A stretch of 64,000 bases of DNA, from the NCBI GenBank assembly GCA_963703955.1, contig CAVPGK010000011.1, positions 1 to 64,000 on the forward strand. The letters are read 5' to 3'. Every line of letters begins with the position of its first letter. Within the stretch, counting starts at the first letter, position 1. This document shows positions 1 to 9,323 of the stretch, piece by piece. Source of the DNA: Nitrospirota bacterium (GTDB lineage: Bacteria > Nitrospirota > Nitrospiria > Nitrospirales > Nitrospiraceae). A program made the translations under genes and the position numbers. The notes under the pieces are model-generated. The model ran no database searches. It was not told the DNA's origin and saw only the letters and a list, made by a program, of their open reading frames with translations.

Positions 1-22
1 CGGCCATTTGAGGATAAAAACT

Positions 23-898
23 ATGCAGAGCCAGGAATTGGCGTCATTCATTCCCGACAAGCTGCGGCCCGTCCATGCATTCCCTCCTTCGGGTCATTCA
101 CAGAAATCCAACGAGCAGAGTGACCAAACGCCGGCGGCTGAATCTGTGGTAAAAATCACTGTTGCCGACCTGAAATTCTACTACGGCGCGACGCAAGCCT
201 TATTCAACGTCAACCTCGCCATTCGGTCGAATCAGGTTACGGCCTTCATCGGCCCGTCCGGTTGCGGCAAATCCACCCTATTGCGATGCTTGAACCGTCT
301 CAATGATCTCATCGAAGGCGCCAGGGTCGAAGGACGCGTGGAACTGGATGGGACCAGCATCTACGACCCGCGCGTGGACGTGACCGAATTGCGGAAGCGT
401 GTCGGGATGGTATTCCAAAAATCCAATCCGTTCCCCAAATCCATCTATGATAACATCGCGTACGGTCCGCGCATGCAAGGGCTCCGGGACAAGCAGGTCT
501 TGGACCGGCTCGTCGAGGAAGGCCTGGACGGCGCAGGGCTCTGGGATGAAGTGAAGGACCGTCTTGCCCAGAGCGCGCTGGGTCTCTCAGGAGGGCAGCA
601 ACAGCGACTCTGTATCGCTCGGGCACTGGCAGTCCAACCGGACGTAATCCTGATGGATGAACCCTGTTCGGCTCTCGACCCCATTGCGACCGCCCGGATC
701 GAGGAACTCATCTTCACTCTCAAAAACCGCTACACTGTCGTTATCGTGACGCACAACATGCAACAGGCGGCGAGGGTCTCAGACCGCTGCGGGTTTTTTC
801 TCCTTGGGGAACTCGTCGAGTACGGAGAGACGAAGACGATCTTCACCAATCCGCAAGACCGGCGAACGGAAGATTACGTTACGGGGCGATTCGGCTGA
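23..898 (+). CDS. pstB: Phosphate ABC transporter ATP-binding protein
   Basis: Walker [50 protein letters not shown] and C-terminal [13 protein letters not shown] at 23 follows GAGGA. Confidence 0.97.
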   Translation: MQSQELASFIPDKLRPVHAFPPSGHSQKSNEQSDQTPAAESVVKITVADLKFYYGATQALFNVNLAIRSNQVTAFIGPSGCGKSTLLRCLNRLNDLIEGARVEGRVELDGTSIYDPRVDVTELRKRVGMVFQKSNPFPKSIYDNIAYGPRMQGLRDKQVLDRLVEEGLDGAGLWDEVKDRLAQSALGLSGGQQQRLCIARALAVQPDVILMDEPCSALDPIATARIEELIFTLKNRYTVVIVTHNMQQAARVSDRCGFFLLGELVEYGETKTIFTNPQDRRTEDYVTGRFG

Positions 899-965
899 TC
901 ATAGCGGGAAGCAGTCAGCCGTCAGCATTCAGCTCATAGCTGAACACTAAACACTGGGGGCTCAC

Positions 966-1634
966 ATGCAGCGGCATTTCGATGATGAACTGGATTATCT
1001 GAAAGAGCAGATCTTGCGCATGGGCGGACTCGTGGAGCAACAACTCCGAGGCGCCATGGACGCCTTGATTGAGCGCGATTCAGACCTGGCCCAGGTCATC
1101 ATTGCAAACGACCGGCAGGTCAATTCAATGGACGTGGAGGTGGACGAGAACTGCATCCGGCTCCTGGCCCTCCAACAGCCCACGGCCCGCGATCTCCGGT
1201 TCGTCACGACCGCCATGAAAATCTCCACGGAGCTCGAACGCATGAGCGATCTCTCGGAGAACATCGCGGAGCGCGCCATCGAGCTGAACGAAGAACCTCA
1301 GCTTAAGCCCTATATCGATCTTCCGCGGATGGCGAATTGGACCATGCGCATGGTCAAAGAAAGCCTGGACGCGTTCGTCGGCTCCGATGCCGCGCTAGCC
1401 CGTAAGGTGATTGCGGACGATGATTTCGTCGATGATGTGACCGAGCAGTTGTTTCGAGAGCTGCTCTCATTCATGCTCGAAAATCCCAAGACGATCACTA
1501 GAGCGATCCGGCTGACCTTCATCGGGAAATACGTTGAGCGTATCGCGGACCATGCCACGAACATCGCCGAATTGGTGGTCTACATGGTCGAAGGCAAGAT
1601 CATTCGCCACACCACGCCTTCCGTCACCACTTGA
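966..1634 (+). CDS. phoU: Phosphate signalling complex protein PhoU
   Basis: Two PhoU repeats (LQQPTARDLR..ELERMSD; YVERIADHATNIAE), directly after pstB. Confidence 0.97.
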   Translation: MQRHFDDELDYLKEQILRMGGLVEQQLRGAMDALIERDSDLAQVIIANDRQVNSMDVEVDENCIRLLALQQPTARDLRFVTTAMKISTELERMSDLSENIAERAIELNEEPQLKPYIDLPRMANWTMRMVKESLDAFVGSDAALARKVIADDDFVDDVTEQLFRELLSFMLENPKTITRAIRLTFIGKYVERIADHATNIAELVVYMVEGKIIRHTTPSVTT

Positions 1635-1656
1635 ACCGATTGCCGACACGACACCC

Positions 1657-1835
1657 TAGCCCGGATTATTCACGAACGCCTACTGCGGCTGCCGATCCTC
1701 TCGACCAGCGGGGCTTTTCTCGTTCACCCTCCTCGACGGACTGCAAGCACGCCTGCGTCGGCTTCACTTGCGAGAAGCCCCGGTGGCCTTCGGTCTCAGC
1801 CGCCTCGCGACGGCATTCACGAATAATCCGGGCTA
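1657..1835. repeat. MITE-like intergenic element with 15-bp terminal inverted repeats
   Basis: TAGCCCGGATTATTC (1657-1671) and GAATAATCCGGGCTA (1821-1835) form a perfect inverted repeat. Further nested inverted repeats lie inside. Confidence 0.75.
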
Positions 1836-1988
1836 ACGTGTGGATCGCGAGACGTACTTTCGTGTACGTTGATGGTGAATAGCGCCACGAATATCGGCGC
1901 ACGCCGCCGAGTGCGCGAGGCGTTCGGTCCTCACGCGACCGGGAACACGCGTGGGGGAGCTTTTTCTGCGGGCTTTCACTTCTTTGTT

Positions 1989-3530
1989 ATGACGAAACTG
2001 GCCATTCTGGACATCGGAACAAACTCGATCCACATGGTCTTGGCGGAAGTCGAGCCGGACTTTTCCTACAAGATCCTGGATCGCTTCAAGGATATGACGC
2101 GCCTGGGGGACGGTGCATTCAAGAACCGCCGTCTGTCGGAAGCGGCCATGGCCCGCGGTCTTGAAGTGATTCGGAACCTCGCCACGCTGGCCCGCAACAG
2201 GGGCTATGACCGCATCGAGGCCGTGGCCACCAGCGCCGTCCGGGAAGCCAGGAACGGCGGTGAGTTCATCGGGGAGGTCTTGCGGCAGGCGGGATTGACG
2301 GTTCGTGTCGTCACCGGGCAGGAAGAAGCGCGTCTGATTTACCTGGGCGTGCGCCACAGTATGAACCTGGCCGATCGTCCCACCCTGGTTGTAGATGTGG
2401 GAGGAGGGTCAGTTGAGCTGATCGTGGGCAACCGAAGCGCGATGGCCCATGGCCAAAGCCTCAAGCTCGGGGCCATCCGGCTGAAGGATCTCTATCTGAA
2501 GACCGATCCGCCGACGAAGTCGATGCTCCAGGACATGCAGAAGGCGATTGATGTCCAGCTCAAGTCAGCCCTGCAGCGATTCAAGGCCAGGACGTTTGAT
2601 CGGATTGTGGCGACCTCAGGCATGGCGGGCAATCTCACCGAGATCATCTATCTGCGCCGCACCGGGAAGCCGGTGCCCCAGTTGAATCTCGCCACCGTGA
2701 GTTTGAAGGAAATCCACACGATTGAAAATTTGTTGATGCACGCCAGCTTCAAAGACCGGCTGGCCATTCCCGGGCTGGACCCGAAACGGGCCGATACACT
2801 CCTGCCGGCGACCATCGTCCTTCGCAGTCTGATGGAGCGCACGGATCATCATGAGCTGACCATCAGCGACAAAGCCATTCGGGAAGGGCTGATCTACGAC
2901 TTCATCCAACGACATCGCGACGGTCTCCGCGTCGAGCAGGAAATTCCCAACGTGCGGCGCCGAAATGTCGTCTTTCTGGCCCGGCGCTGCCATTCCCCTG
3001 AAACCCACACCCAGCATGTGGCAAAGCTTGCCACGCGTCTGTTCGATCAGACCAAACCGCTGCATGGGCTCGACGAGCGAGCCCGAGAGTGGCTAGAATA
3101 TGCCGCAATCCTGCATGACGTGGGGTACCTGATCAACGTGCGGCAACACCACAAGCATGCCTACTACCTCATCAAGCACAGCTACCTCGCAGGGTTCACT
3201 GCGGAAGAAATCGAGATGATCGCCCAGATCGCCCGTTACCATCGTCGCGCAATTCCGCATGACCGCCACGCCACCCTCGAGATTCTGTCGGCTCGAAACC
3301 GGCGTACGCTGAATATGCTGAGCGCCATGCTCCGTATCGCCGACGGACTGGATCGCAGCCACTTTTCCGTGGTTCAGGATCTGGAAGTCCAATTGGGCAA
3401 GCCGGTGCTCATCCTTGTCCGCACATCCGGAGATCCGGAGCTCGAACTGTGGGCCGCCCGCAACCGCGCCGATCTCTTCGAAAAGGTCTTCAACTGTGCG
3501 GTGCGGTTTGAGACCCGCCCTGTTGCATGA
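1989..3530 (+). CDS. ppx: Ppx/GppA family exopolyphosphatase with C-terminal HD domain
   Basis: LAILDIGTNS, ATSAVREA, EEARL, DVGGGSVEL, AIREGL and HD motif LHDVG..HHKH. ATG at 1989 chosen as start. Confidence 0.93.
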   Translation: MTKLAILDIGTNSIHMVLAEVEPDFSYKILDRFKDMTRLGDGAFKNRRLSEAAMARGLEVIRNLATLARNRGYDRIEAVATSAVREARNGGEFIGEVLRQAGLTVRVVTGQEEARLIYLGVRHSMNLADRPTLVVDVGGGSVELIVGNRSAMAHGQSLKLGAIRLKDLYLKTDPPTKSMLQDMQKAIDVQLKSALQRFKARTFDRIVATSGMAGNLTEIIYLRRTGKPVPQLNLATVSLKEIHTIENLLMHASFKDRLAIPGLDPKRADTLLPATIVLRSLMERTDHHELTISDKAIREGLIYDFIQRHRDGLRVEQEIPNVRRRNVVFLARRCHSPETHTQHVAKLATRLFDQTKPLHGLDERAREWLEYAAILHDVGYLINVRQHHKHAYYLIKHSYLAGFTAEEIEMIAQIARYHRRAIPHDRHATLEILSARNRRTLNMLSAMLRIADGLDRSHFSVVQDLEVQLGKPVLILVRTSGDPELELWAARNRADLFEKVFNCAVRFETRPVA

Positions 3531-3601
3531 GAGGATGCCTCCTTTTTTGACAGATTGTCACCGAGCGAAATTTCTCCTAGAAGGGTCCGCATGACCCCAC
3601 G

Positions 3602-4318
3602 GTGCTGACGTTCGAGCAACCGCACTCGTTTCCCGGCAAGCTGATCATCGTCGAGGGGATCGACGGGTCCGGCAAGAGCACCCAATTGTTGCTGCTCCAG
3701 AAATGGCTGGAGTCAAGGGATTCAACGTTTTCTTTACCGAATGGAACTCGTCGGAACTGGTCCGTGAGACGACCCGGCGCGGGAAAAGAAAATAAGGCGC
3801 TGACGCCGACCACCTTCAGCCTCCTCCACGCGACGGATTTCGCCAACCGGCTCTATCACGATATTCTGCCGCCGCTCAAGGCCGGCATGCTGGTGCTGGC
3901 GGATCGCTACGTCTACACCGCCTTCGCCGCGACGCCGTGCGGGGGCGTGTCGCCGTCGTGGGTGCGGAAGCTGTACAACTTCGCGGTCCGCCCGGACATG
4001 GCCTTCTACTTCAAGGTTCCCATGGAAGTGGCGATCGACCGGCTCCTGGGGGGTACGCGTGCGCAGTTCAAGTATTACGAGGCCGGCATGGACATGGGCC
4101 TCAGCCAGGACCTGAACGAAAGCTTTCGCATCTTTCAATCCCGCATCCTGGCCGAATATGACAAGATCGTGGACGAATACGGGCTGATCACGATGGACGC
4201 GACGAAGGACATCGAAGCACAGCAGAACGCCATGCGGCGGATGGTGTCCCAGTCGCTCGAGCACTACAAACCGAAGCGAGGCACCCATGGCGAGACGGCT
4301 ATTTTGGCGACGGTTTGA
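3602..4318 (+). CDS. Thymidylate-kinase-like P-loop kinase, copy 1 (compensating frameshifts near 3715-3790)
   Basis: IIVEGIDGSGKST P-loop and LADRYVYTAFA. An alternative frame at 3716-3787 reads GFNVFFTEWNSSELVRETTRRGK, as expected for this family. Confidence 0.85.
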   Translation: MLTFEQPHSFPGKLIIVEGIDGSGKSTQLLLLQKWLESRDSTFSLPNGTRRNWSVRRPGAGKENKALTPTTFSLLHATDFANRLYHDILPPLKAGMLVLADRYVYTAFAATPCGGVSPSWVRKLYNFAVRPDMAFYFKVPMEVAIDRLLGGTRAQFKYYEAGMDMGLSQDLNESFRIFQSRILAEYDKIVDEYGLITMDATKDIEAQQNAMRRMVSQSLEHYKPKRGTHGETAILATV

Positions 4319-5062
4319 CCTACCTAAATCCGAATGATCTCGAAGGGCAAGCTCATCGCGATCGAAGGCACGGACGGGGTCGGCCGTTCCACGCACATCG
4401 AGCTCCTGCAGGAATGGCTGGAGGTCCAAGGGTACGGCGTCATCACGACCGGCTGGACCAGGTCCAGCTTGATGTCAAAGACGATCGAGGTGGCCAAGCA
4501 AGGGAACATTCTGGATCGATGGTCGTTCAGTTTGCTCTACGCAACGGATTTTGCCGACCGTCTGGAACATCAGATCATTCCCGCTCTCCGCTCGGGCTTC
4601 ATCGTGCTGGCCGATCGATACATCTACACCGCGTTTGCGCGCGATCTCGTGCGCAGCGGGGACCGGAACTGGATTCGAAATGTCTTCGGGTTTGCCGTTC
4701 TGCCTGACCTGGTCTGCTACCTACGGATCGATGTCGACACGTTGGCGCTGCGGGTGATTGAAAGCAAAGGGATGAACTATTGGGAATCCGGCATGGATCT
4801 CAGGCTAGGTGCGGATCTCTACGACAGCTTCAAGAAATATCAGGGGCTCTTGATCGAAGAATTCGACAAGATGACGGAGGAGTTTCATTTCCAAGTTATC
4901 GATGCGCGCAAATCGCCGGAGGAGATTCAGGAGGCGCTTCGCGATAAAATCCAGCCGATTCTCAAGAATGAGCCGGAGGTGATCGCGCCCTTGAGCGGAG
5001 AGACTCTGGTTACCGACCACCTTTCCGACGGCGACCGCGTTCGTTCTTCCCCATCATCCTGA
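4287..5062 (+). CDS. Thymidylate-kinase-like P-loop protein, copy 2 (N-terminus frameshifted)
   Basis: IAIEGTDGVGRST (Arg in place of the Walker A Lys) and LADRYIYTAFARD. The N-terminus YFGDGLTYLNPNDL lies in another frame downstream of ATG 4287. Confidence 0.85.
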
Positions 5063-5543
5063 GCTGAGACGGCATCAGCCACCAACGCAGCACGCCTTCT
5101 CCCGGCTTCGGTTTCTCATCAAACCAAATCGCGCCCGCGCCCGCCTTTTTTAGGGAGAAGCCCGAAGCCGTCGATCCGGACAACATGAAGCCGGCTGCCT
5201 CCCCCAAATTCGGCTCGTGCCCCACGCAGAGCGCGCAGGCGTCCTTTGGAAGACCGGCCAGCCACGTGACCAACTGGTCCGGAGAAGCATCCGGGAGTAG
5301 CGCGTCGCACAATTGCACATCATCGTGAAACTTGAAGACTTCGCGCAGAATCTTGGCAGTATCGAGCGCCCGCACGAACGGGCTAGAAACGAGGTGGCTC
5401 GGTACCACATCCGAACAGGAAAGGCCTACCGCCGCCTCTCTTGTCTTCTCAACGCCCTTCGGTGTGAGAGGCCTGTGGTCCTCCTGACCCTCCCACTCCT
5501 CGCGGTCGACGGCGATCCCATGCCTGAAGAGAATGCATTCCAT
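5010..5543 (-). CDS. sixA: Phosphohistidine phosphatase SixA
   Basis: FRHG motif, RPLTPKG, SSPFVRALDTA and CVGHEPNL. Confidence 0.9.
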   Translation of the reverse strand: MECILFRHGIAVDREEWEGQEDHRPLTPKGVEKTREAAVGLSCSDVVPSHLVSSPFVRALDTAKILREVFKFHDDVQLCDALLPDASPDQLVTWLAGLPKDACALCVGHEPNLGEAAGFMLSGSTASGFSLKKAGAGAIWFDEKPKPGEGVLRWWLMPSQLRMMGKNERGRRRKGGR

Positions 5544-5637
5544 GACAGTACCTCGCAAACGACGCTCATCCTATCATAACGGTCGGCACCGGCTAAAGTG
5601 GGAAAACTAGCCCGGGCTCGCCGTCGGATGTGAGCCC

Positions 5638-5666
5638 TTGCATCCATCAATGTTTGTTGATACAGT
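5638..5666 (+). promoter_or_regulatory. ars promoter with ArsR-type operator in the spacer
   Basis: TTGCAT (5638-43), 17 bp, TACAGT (5661-66). Inverted repeat ATCAA-tgtttg-TTGAT at 5646-5661. Confidence 0.75.
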
Positions 5667-5672
5667 CAGACC

Positions 5673-5996
5673 GTGGTCACCACCAAGACAAGGAATCTCG
5701 AGCGAGCCGCCCGCTGGTTCCACGCATTGGGGGACGAGACTCGGCTGTGCATCATTCATTGCCTGAGTGAGGGTGAACGGTGTGTCTGCGACCTGACCGA
5801 CCTGCTTCACACGGGACAGTCACGACTATCGTTTCATCTCAAGACGCTCAAGGACGCGGGCATCGTGCAGGACCGGCGCGAGGGACGCTGGGTTTACTAT
5901 TCGCTCAATCCGGAGACCATTGAGGAACTGCACCAAGTCGTGGCCACGATAAAGGAAGGCTCGGAAATCCCCATCAGCTCCCGACCGTGCGAGTGA
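5673..5996 (+). CDS. arsR: ArsR/SmtB family As(III)-responsive repressor
   Basis: FHALGDETRL, ERCVCDL alpha3 Cys motif, SRLSFHLKTLKDAG and REGRWVYYSL. Confidence 0.93.
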   Translation: MVTTKTRNLERAARWFHALGDETRLCIIHCLSEGERCVCDLTDLLHTGQSRLSFHLKTLKDAGIVQDRREGRWVYYSLNPETIEELHQVVATIKEGSEIPISSRPCE

Positions 5997-6014
5997 ATTT
6001 TTTTGCCTTCATTC

Positions 6015-6030
6015 ATCAAAGTTTGTTGAT
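6015..6030 (+). promoter_or_regulatory. Second ArsR-type operator, between arsR and arsM
   Basis: ATCAA-agtttg-TTGAT, 15/16 identical to 5646-5661. Confidence 0.7.
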
Positions 6031-6050
6031 CAATCCTGACGGAGGCTGAG

Positions 6051-6875
6051 ATGAATCCTCAAGAGATCAAACGTATGGTGAAGGATGAGTATCGACAGGC
6101 TGCGCTGCAAGCCAAACGCGGCGGCAGCTCCTGTTGTGGGCCCACATCTTGTACCAACGTGAGCCCGATTACGGGCAATCTCTACACCTCTCAGGAGACG
6201 GCATTGCTTCCGGAGACGGCATTGGCGGCTTCCCTCGGATGCGGCAATCCGACGGCGCTGGCCCATCTAAACCCCGGAGAAACCGTGCTCGACCTCGGGT
6301 CCGGTGGAGGTATCGATGTCCTGCTTTCGGCCAAACGGGTCGGCCCGAACGGGAAAGTCTACGGCCTGGATATGACGGATGAGATGCTGGCGCTGGCGCG
6401 AGAGAATCAGCGACAGGCGGGCATCGAAAATGTCGAGTTTTTACGAGGAGAGATCGAAGACATTCCCCTGCCCGATCGGTCCGTGGACGTGATCATTTCC
6501 AATTGCGTCGTGAATCTGTCTCCCGACAAGGACCGCGTGCTGGCGGAGGCGTTCCGTGTGTTGAGGCCCGGCGGGCGCCTCGCAATCTCAGACATCGTCG
6601 TCCGTGGATCGATCCCACCGGAGATCCGCCCGAGCATCGAGCTGTGGATTGGCTGTGTCGCCGGCGCATTGGAGGAATCGGAGTACAGGGACAAGCTGGC
6701 CAAAGCCGGCTTTGAGGCGATCGAGATCGAAGCGATTCGCATCTACCGGGTCGATGATGCGCGGGACTTCCTTGCTGGCTCCGGACTGAACGTGAATGAG
6801 ATCGCTCCCCAAGTGGATGAAAAGTTCATGAGCGCGTTCATCCGTGCGCGAAAGCCAGCGACGAGTGCCGAGTGA
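6051..6875 (+). CDS. arsM: Arsenite S-adenosylmethionine methyltransferase
   Basis: [34 protein letters not shown] and WIGCVAGA, within an ars operon. Confidence 0.93.
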   Translation: MNPQEIKRMVKDEYRQAALQAKRGGSSCCGPTSCTNVSPITGNLYTSQETALLPETALAASLGCGNPTALAHLNPGETVLDLGSGGGIDVLLSAKRVGPNGKVYGLDMTDEMLALARENQRQAGIENVEFLRGEIEDIPLPDRSVDVIISNCVVNLSPDKDRVLAEAFRVLRPGGRLAISDIVVRGSIPPEIRPSIELWIGCVAGALEESEYRDKLAKAGFEAIEIEAIRIYRVDDARDFLAGSGLNVNEIAPQVDEKFMSAFIRARKPATSAE

Positions 6876-6928
6876 TGATCTGCGAGTAGTTATCCTGAAG
6901 GAAGAGAAGAGAAAAGGGAGGGACACGA

Positions 6929-8023
6929 ATGGAAATCGCCATCGAAGCGCTTCCCACGCATGCGTCGGACAAACGGCTCAATCTGTTTGAGCGCTATCTG
7001 ACCGTCTGGGTCGGGCTCTGCATGGTCGCTGGAGTCGCTCTCGGCAAATGGGCGCCCGAAGCCGTTCATGCGCTCCGCGACCTCGAACTGGCTCGCGGTA
7101 GCCAGATCAACCTTCCGATCGCCGTGCTGATCTGGCTCATGATCATTCCCATGATGATGAAGGTGGACTTCGCGTCGGTCCGCAACGTCGGAAAAAGGCC
7201 GATGGGACTCTTCGTCACCCTCTTCATTAACTGGCTGGTCAAGCCCTTTTCGATGGCGCTTCTTGCCTGGCTGTTTTTCCGATACGTCTTTGCGCCCTGG
7301 ATCGGTCCTGCCGAGGCCGACCAGTACATTGCCGGCACGATTATTCTGGCCGCGGCGCCCTGCACGGCCATGGTATTCGTCTGGAGTTATTTGACGGATG
7401 GCGATCCGGCCTACACACTCGTGCAGGTCTCGGTCAATGACTTGATCATGCTGGTTCTCTTTGCGCCGATTGTCGCCTTCCTGGTCAGCGGCGCTTCTTC
7501 GCTCACGGTTCCATTTCATGTCTTGCTCTATTCGGTGCTGGCCTTCATCGTCACTCCACTCACTATCGGTGTCCTTCTCCGCATGTGGTTCGTTCGCCGG
7601 CATGGGCGAACCTGGTTCGAGCAGAGCCTGTTGCCGCGCCTGGGTCCCTTGACCATCCTGGCCCTTCTCACAACGCTTATCTTCATCTTCGCCTTCCAGG
7701 CCGAGAACATCATCGGAAGATTTTTTCACGTGGTCTTGATCGCCGTTCCGATCTTGTTGCAGGTCTACCTCAACTCTTCATTGGCGTATGGGCTGATGAA
7801 GGCCTTCAACGTTCCGTACGCAGTCGCCGCTCCGGGCGCCTTGATCGGGGCCAGCAATTTTTTCGAACTCGCCGTGGCAACTGCCATCGCCCTCTTCGGT
7901 CCCGGCTCGGGTGCTGCATTAGCCACAGTGGTCGGTGTCTTGGTCGAGGTGCCCGTTATGCTCTCAGTGTGTTCTGTCTGTAATCGAACCCGGCACTGGT
8001 TTTCTGTAGAGGGCAGAGCATGA
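6929..8023 (+). CDS. acr3: ACR3 family arsenite efflux transporter
   Basis: FERYLTVWV, APCTAMVFVWS, GASNFFELAVA and GVLVEVPVML. Confidence 0.96.
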   Translation: MEIAIEALPTHASDKRLNLFERYLTVWVGLCMVAGVALGKWAPEAVHALRDLELARGSQINLPIAVLIWLMIIPMMMKVDFASVRNVGKRPMGLFVTLFINWLVKPFSMALLAWLFFRYVFAPWIGPAEADQYIAGTIILAAAPCTAMVFVWSYLTDGDPAYTLVQVSVNDLIMLVLFAPIVAFLVSGASSLTVPFHVLLYSVLAFIVTPLTIGVLLRMWFVRRHGRTWFEQSLLPRLGPLTILALLTTLIFIFAFQAENIIGRFFHVVLIAVPILLQVYLNSSLAYGLMKAFNVPYAVAAPGALIGASNFFELAVATAIALFGPGSGAALATVVGVLVEVPVMLSVCSVCNRTRHWFSVEGRA

Positions 8024-8436
8024 AGCGGCGTGTTCTGTTCCTATGCACCGGCAATTCCGCGCGCAGTCAAATGGCGGAAGGCTTGTTGCGACATTTGGCC
8101 GGCGACGCCTTTGAGGTCGCCAGTGCGGGCACGCATCCGGTAGGCTTGAACCTTCTGGCGGTGCGCGCGATGCAGGAAGTCGCCATCGATATTTCAAACC
8201 ATAGATCAAAGAGTACGAATGAATATCTGAATCAACACTTTGACTATGTGATCACTGTATGTGACCGGGCGAAGGAGACCTGCCCTCTCTTTCCGGGTGC
8301 CTCATCCACCTTACACTGGAGCATTGACGATCCGGCGGGTGCGCAAGGGTCGATTGAATTTCGCCAGGCAGCGTTTCGGCGAGTGCGAGACGAGATCACG
8401 AAATGGGTTCATCGGTTCATGCAGGAAGAAGCTTGA
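8020..8436 (+). CDS. arsC: Arsenate reductase, LMW-PTPase/thioredoxin type
   Basis: VLFLCTGNSARSQMAEG, ITVCD..CP and WSIDDPA. Confidence 0.92.
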   Translation: MKRRVLFLCTGNSARSQMAEGLLRHLAGDAFEVASAGTHPVGLNLLAVRAMQEVAIDISNHRSKSTNEYLNQHFDYVITVCDRAKETCPLFPGASSTLHWSIDDPAGAQGSIEFRQAAFRRVRDEITKWVHRFMQEEA

Positions 8437-9122
8437 GCACACATCCGCCTTCTGGAATCACGGCGATGGCTCCCCAGTCGCTCACTTCTTCGCCCAACTT
8501 GCACTCAAGCGACCGAATCAGCCGATCCAGTTCGTGCTCGTGAACCAGATCGTCCTAGCCCCATAGGAGCGCCGTCAGCTCCTCCCATGTCACGATCTCC
8601 CCGGGGCTTCCGAGCCAGCCGCCGGAGAGTCCACCATTCCCGACCCGTCAATTGGAGTCGTTTACCTCGAAAGGAGACGACACAGAAGCTGTCTTCCAGA
8701 ACAAACTGGCCCTGGAGATGGTCTTCACTTTTCACATAGCAAGATCGGCTACGTCGCAGCACCGCCTTCACGCGCGCCACGATTTCACGAGGGCTGAAGG
8801 GCTTGGCGACATAATCATCGACACCGAGATCCAGACCGGCCACACGATTGACATCGAGCGTCCCCAACGCCGAGACGATGATGATCGGAATGGTTCGTGT
8901 CTGAGGATCGTCTCGCAGTCGCCGGCACACCTCGTGCCCATCCATGCCCGGCAACATCACGTCAAGCAGGATGAGAGCCGGATTTAGGCGCTTGGCATCA
9001 TCAATCCCACTACTTCCGTCTTGAGCCACATGGGTTCGATAGCGTGCCTTACGCAGCGCGTGGTCCATGAGGACAGCATGAGCCGGCTCATCCTCGATAA
9101 TCTCCACGATCTCCAGCGTCAT
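8417..9122 (-). CDS. OmpR/PhoB family response regulator (C-terminal winged helix frameshifted)
   Basis: REC domain (IIEDE, LLDVMLPGMDG, DDYVAKPFS). The C-terminal part continues in shifted frames (GEIVTWEEL; HEHELDRLIRSLECKL) to a stop near 8417. Confidence 0.8.
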
Positions 9123-9323
9123 GGCAGGACTCTCTACACTGTTCGTGTTGCAGAGATATCAAGCGACCGTTACATAACCGTTAAGCTTTCTTGTAACCGA
9201 GTAGACGGCACCGGTCTAACTCTTCTCACCGAGACGATGGTATGCACCACACGGAGGCCGTTGAGAAACCGATCTGCCCGTTGGCCCTCTCAGCTTCGCG
9301 AAAATAGTTGGGACAGGCTCGCG

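Noticed and set aside
3534..3550. Intrinsic terminator after ppx
   Set aside because: A T-tract is present but the stem is only about 4 bp, too weak to call.
3602..5062. Calling these genes tmk
   Set aside because: The tandem paralogues, the altered P-loop in copy 2 and the polyP context argue against canonical dTMP kinase.
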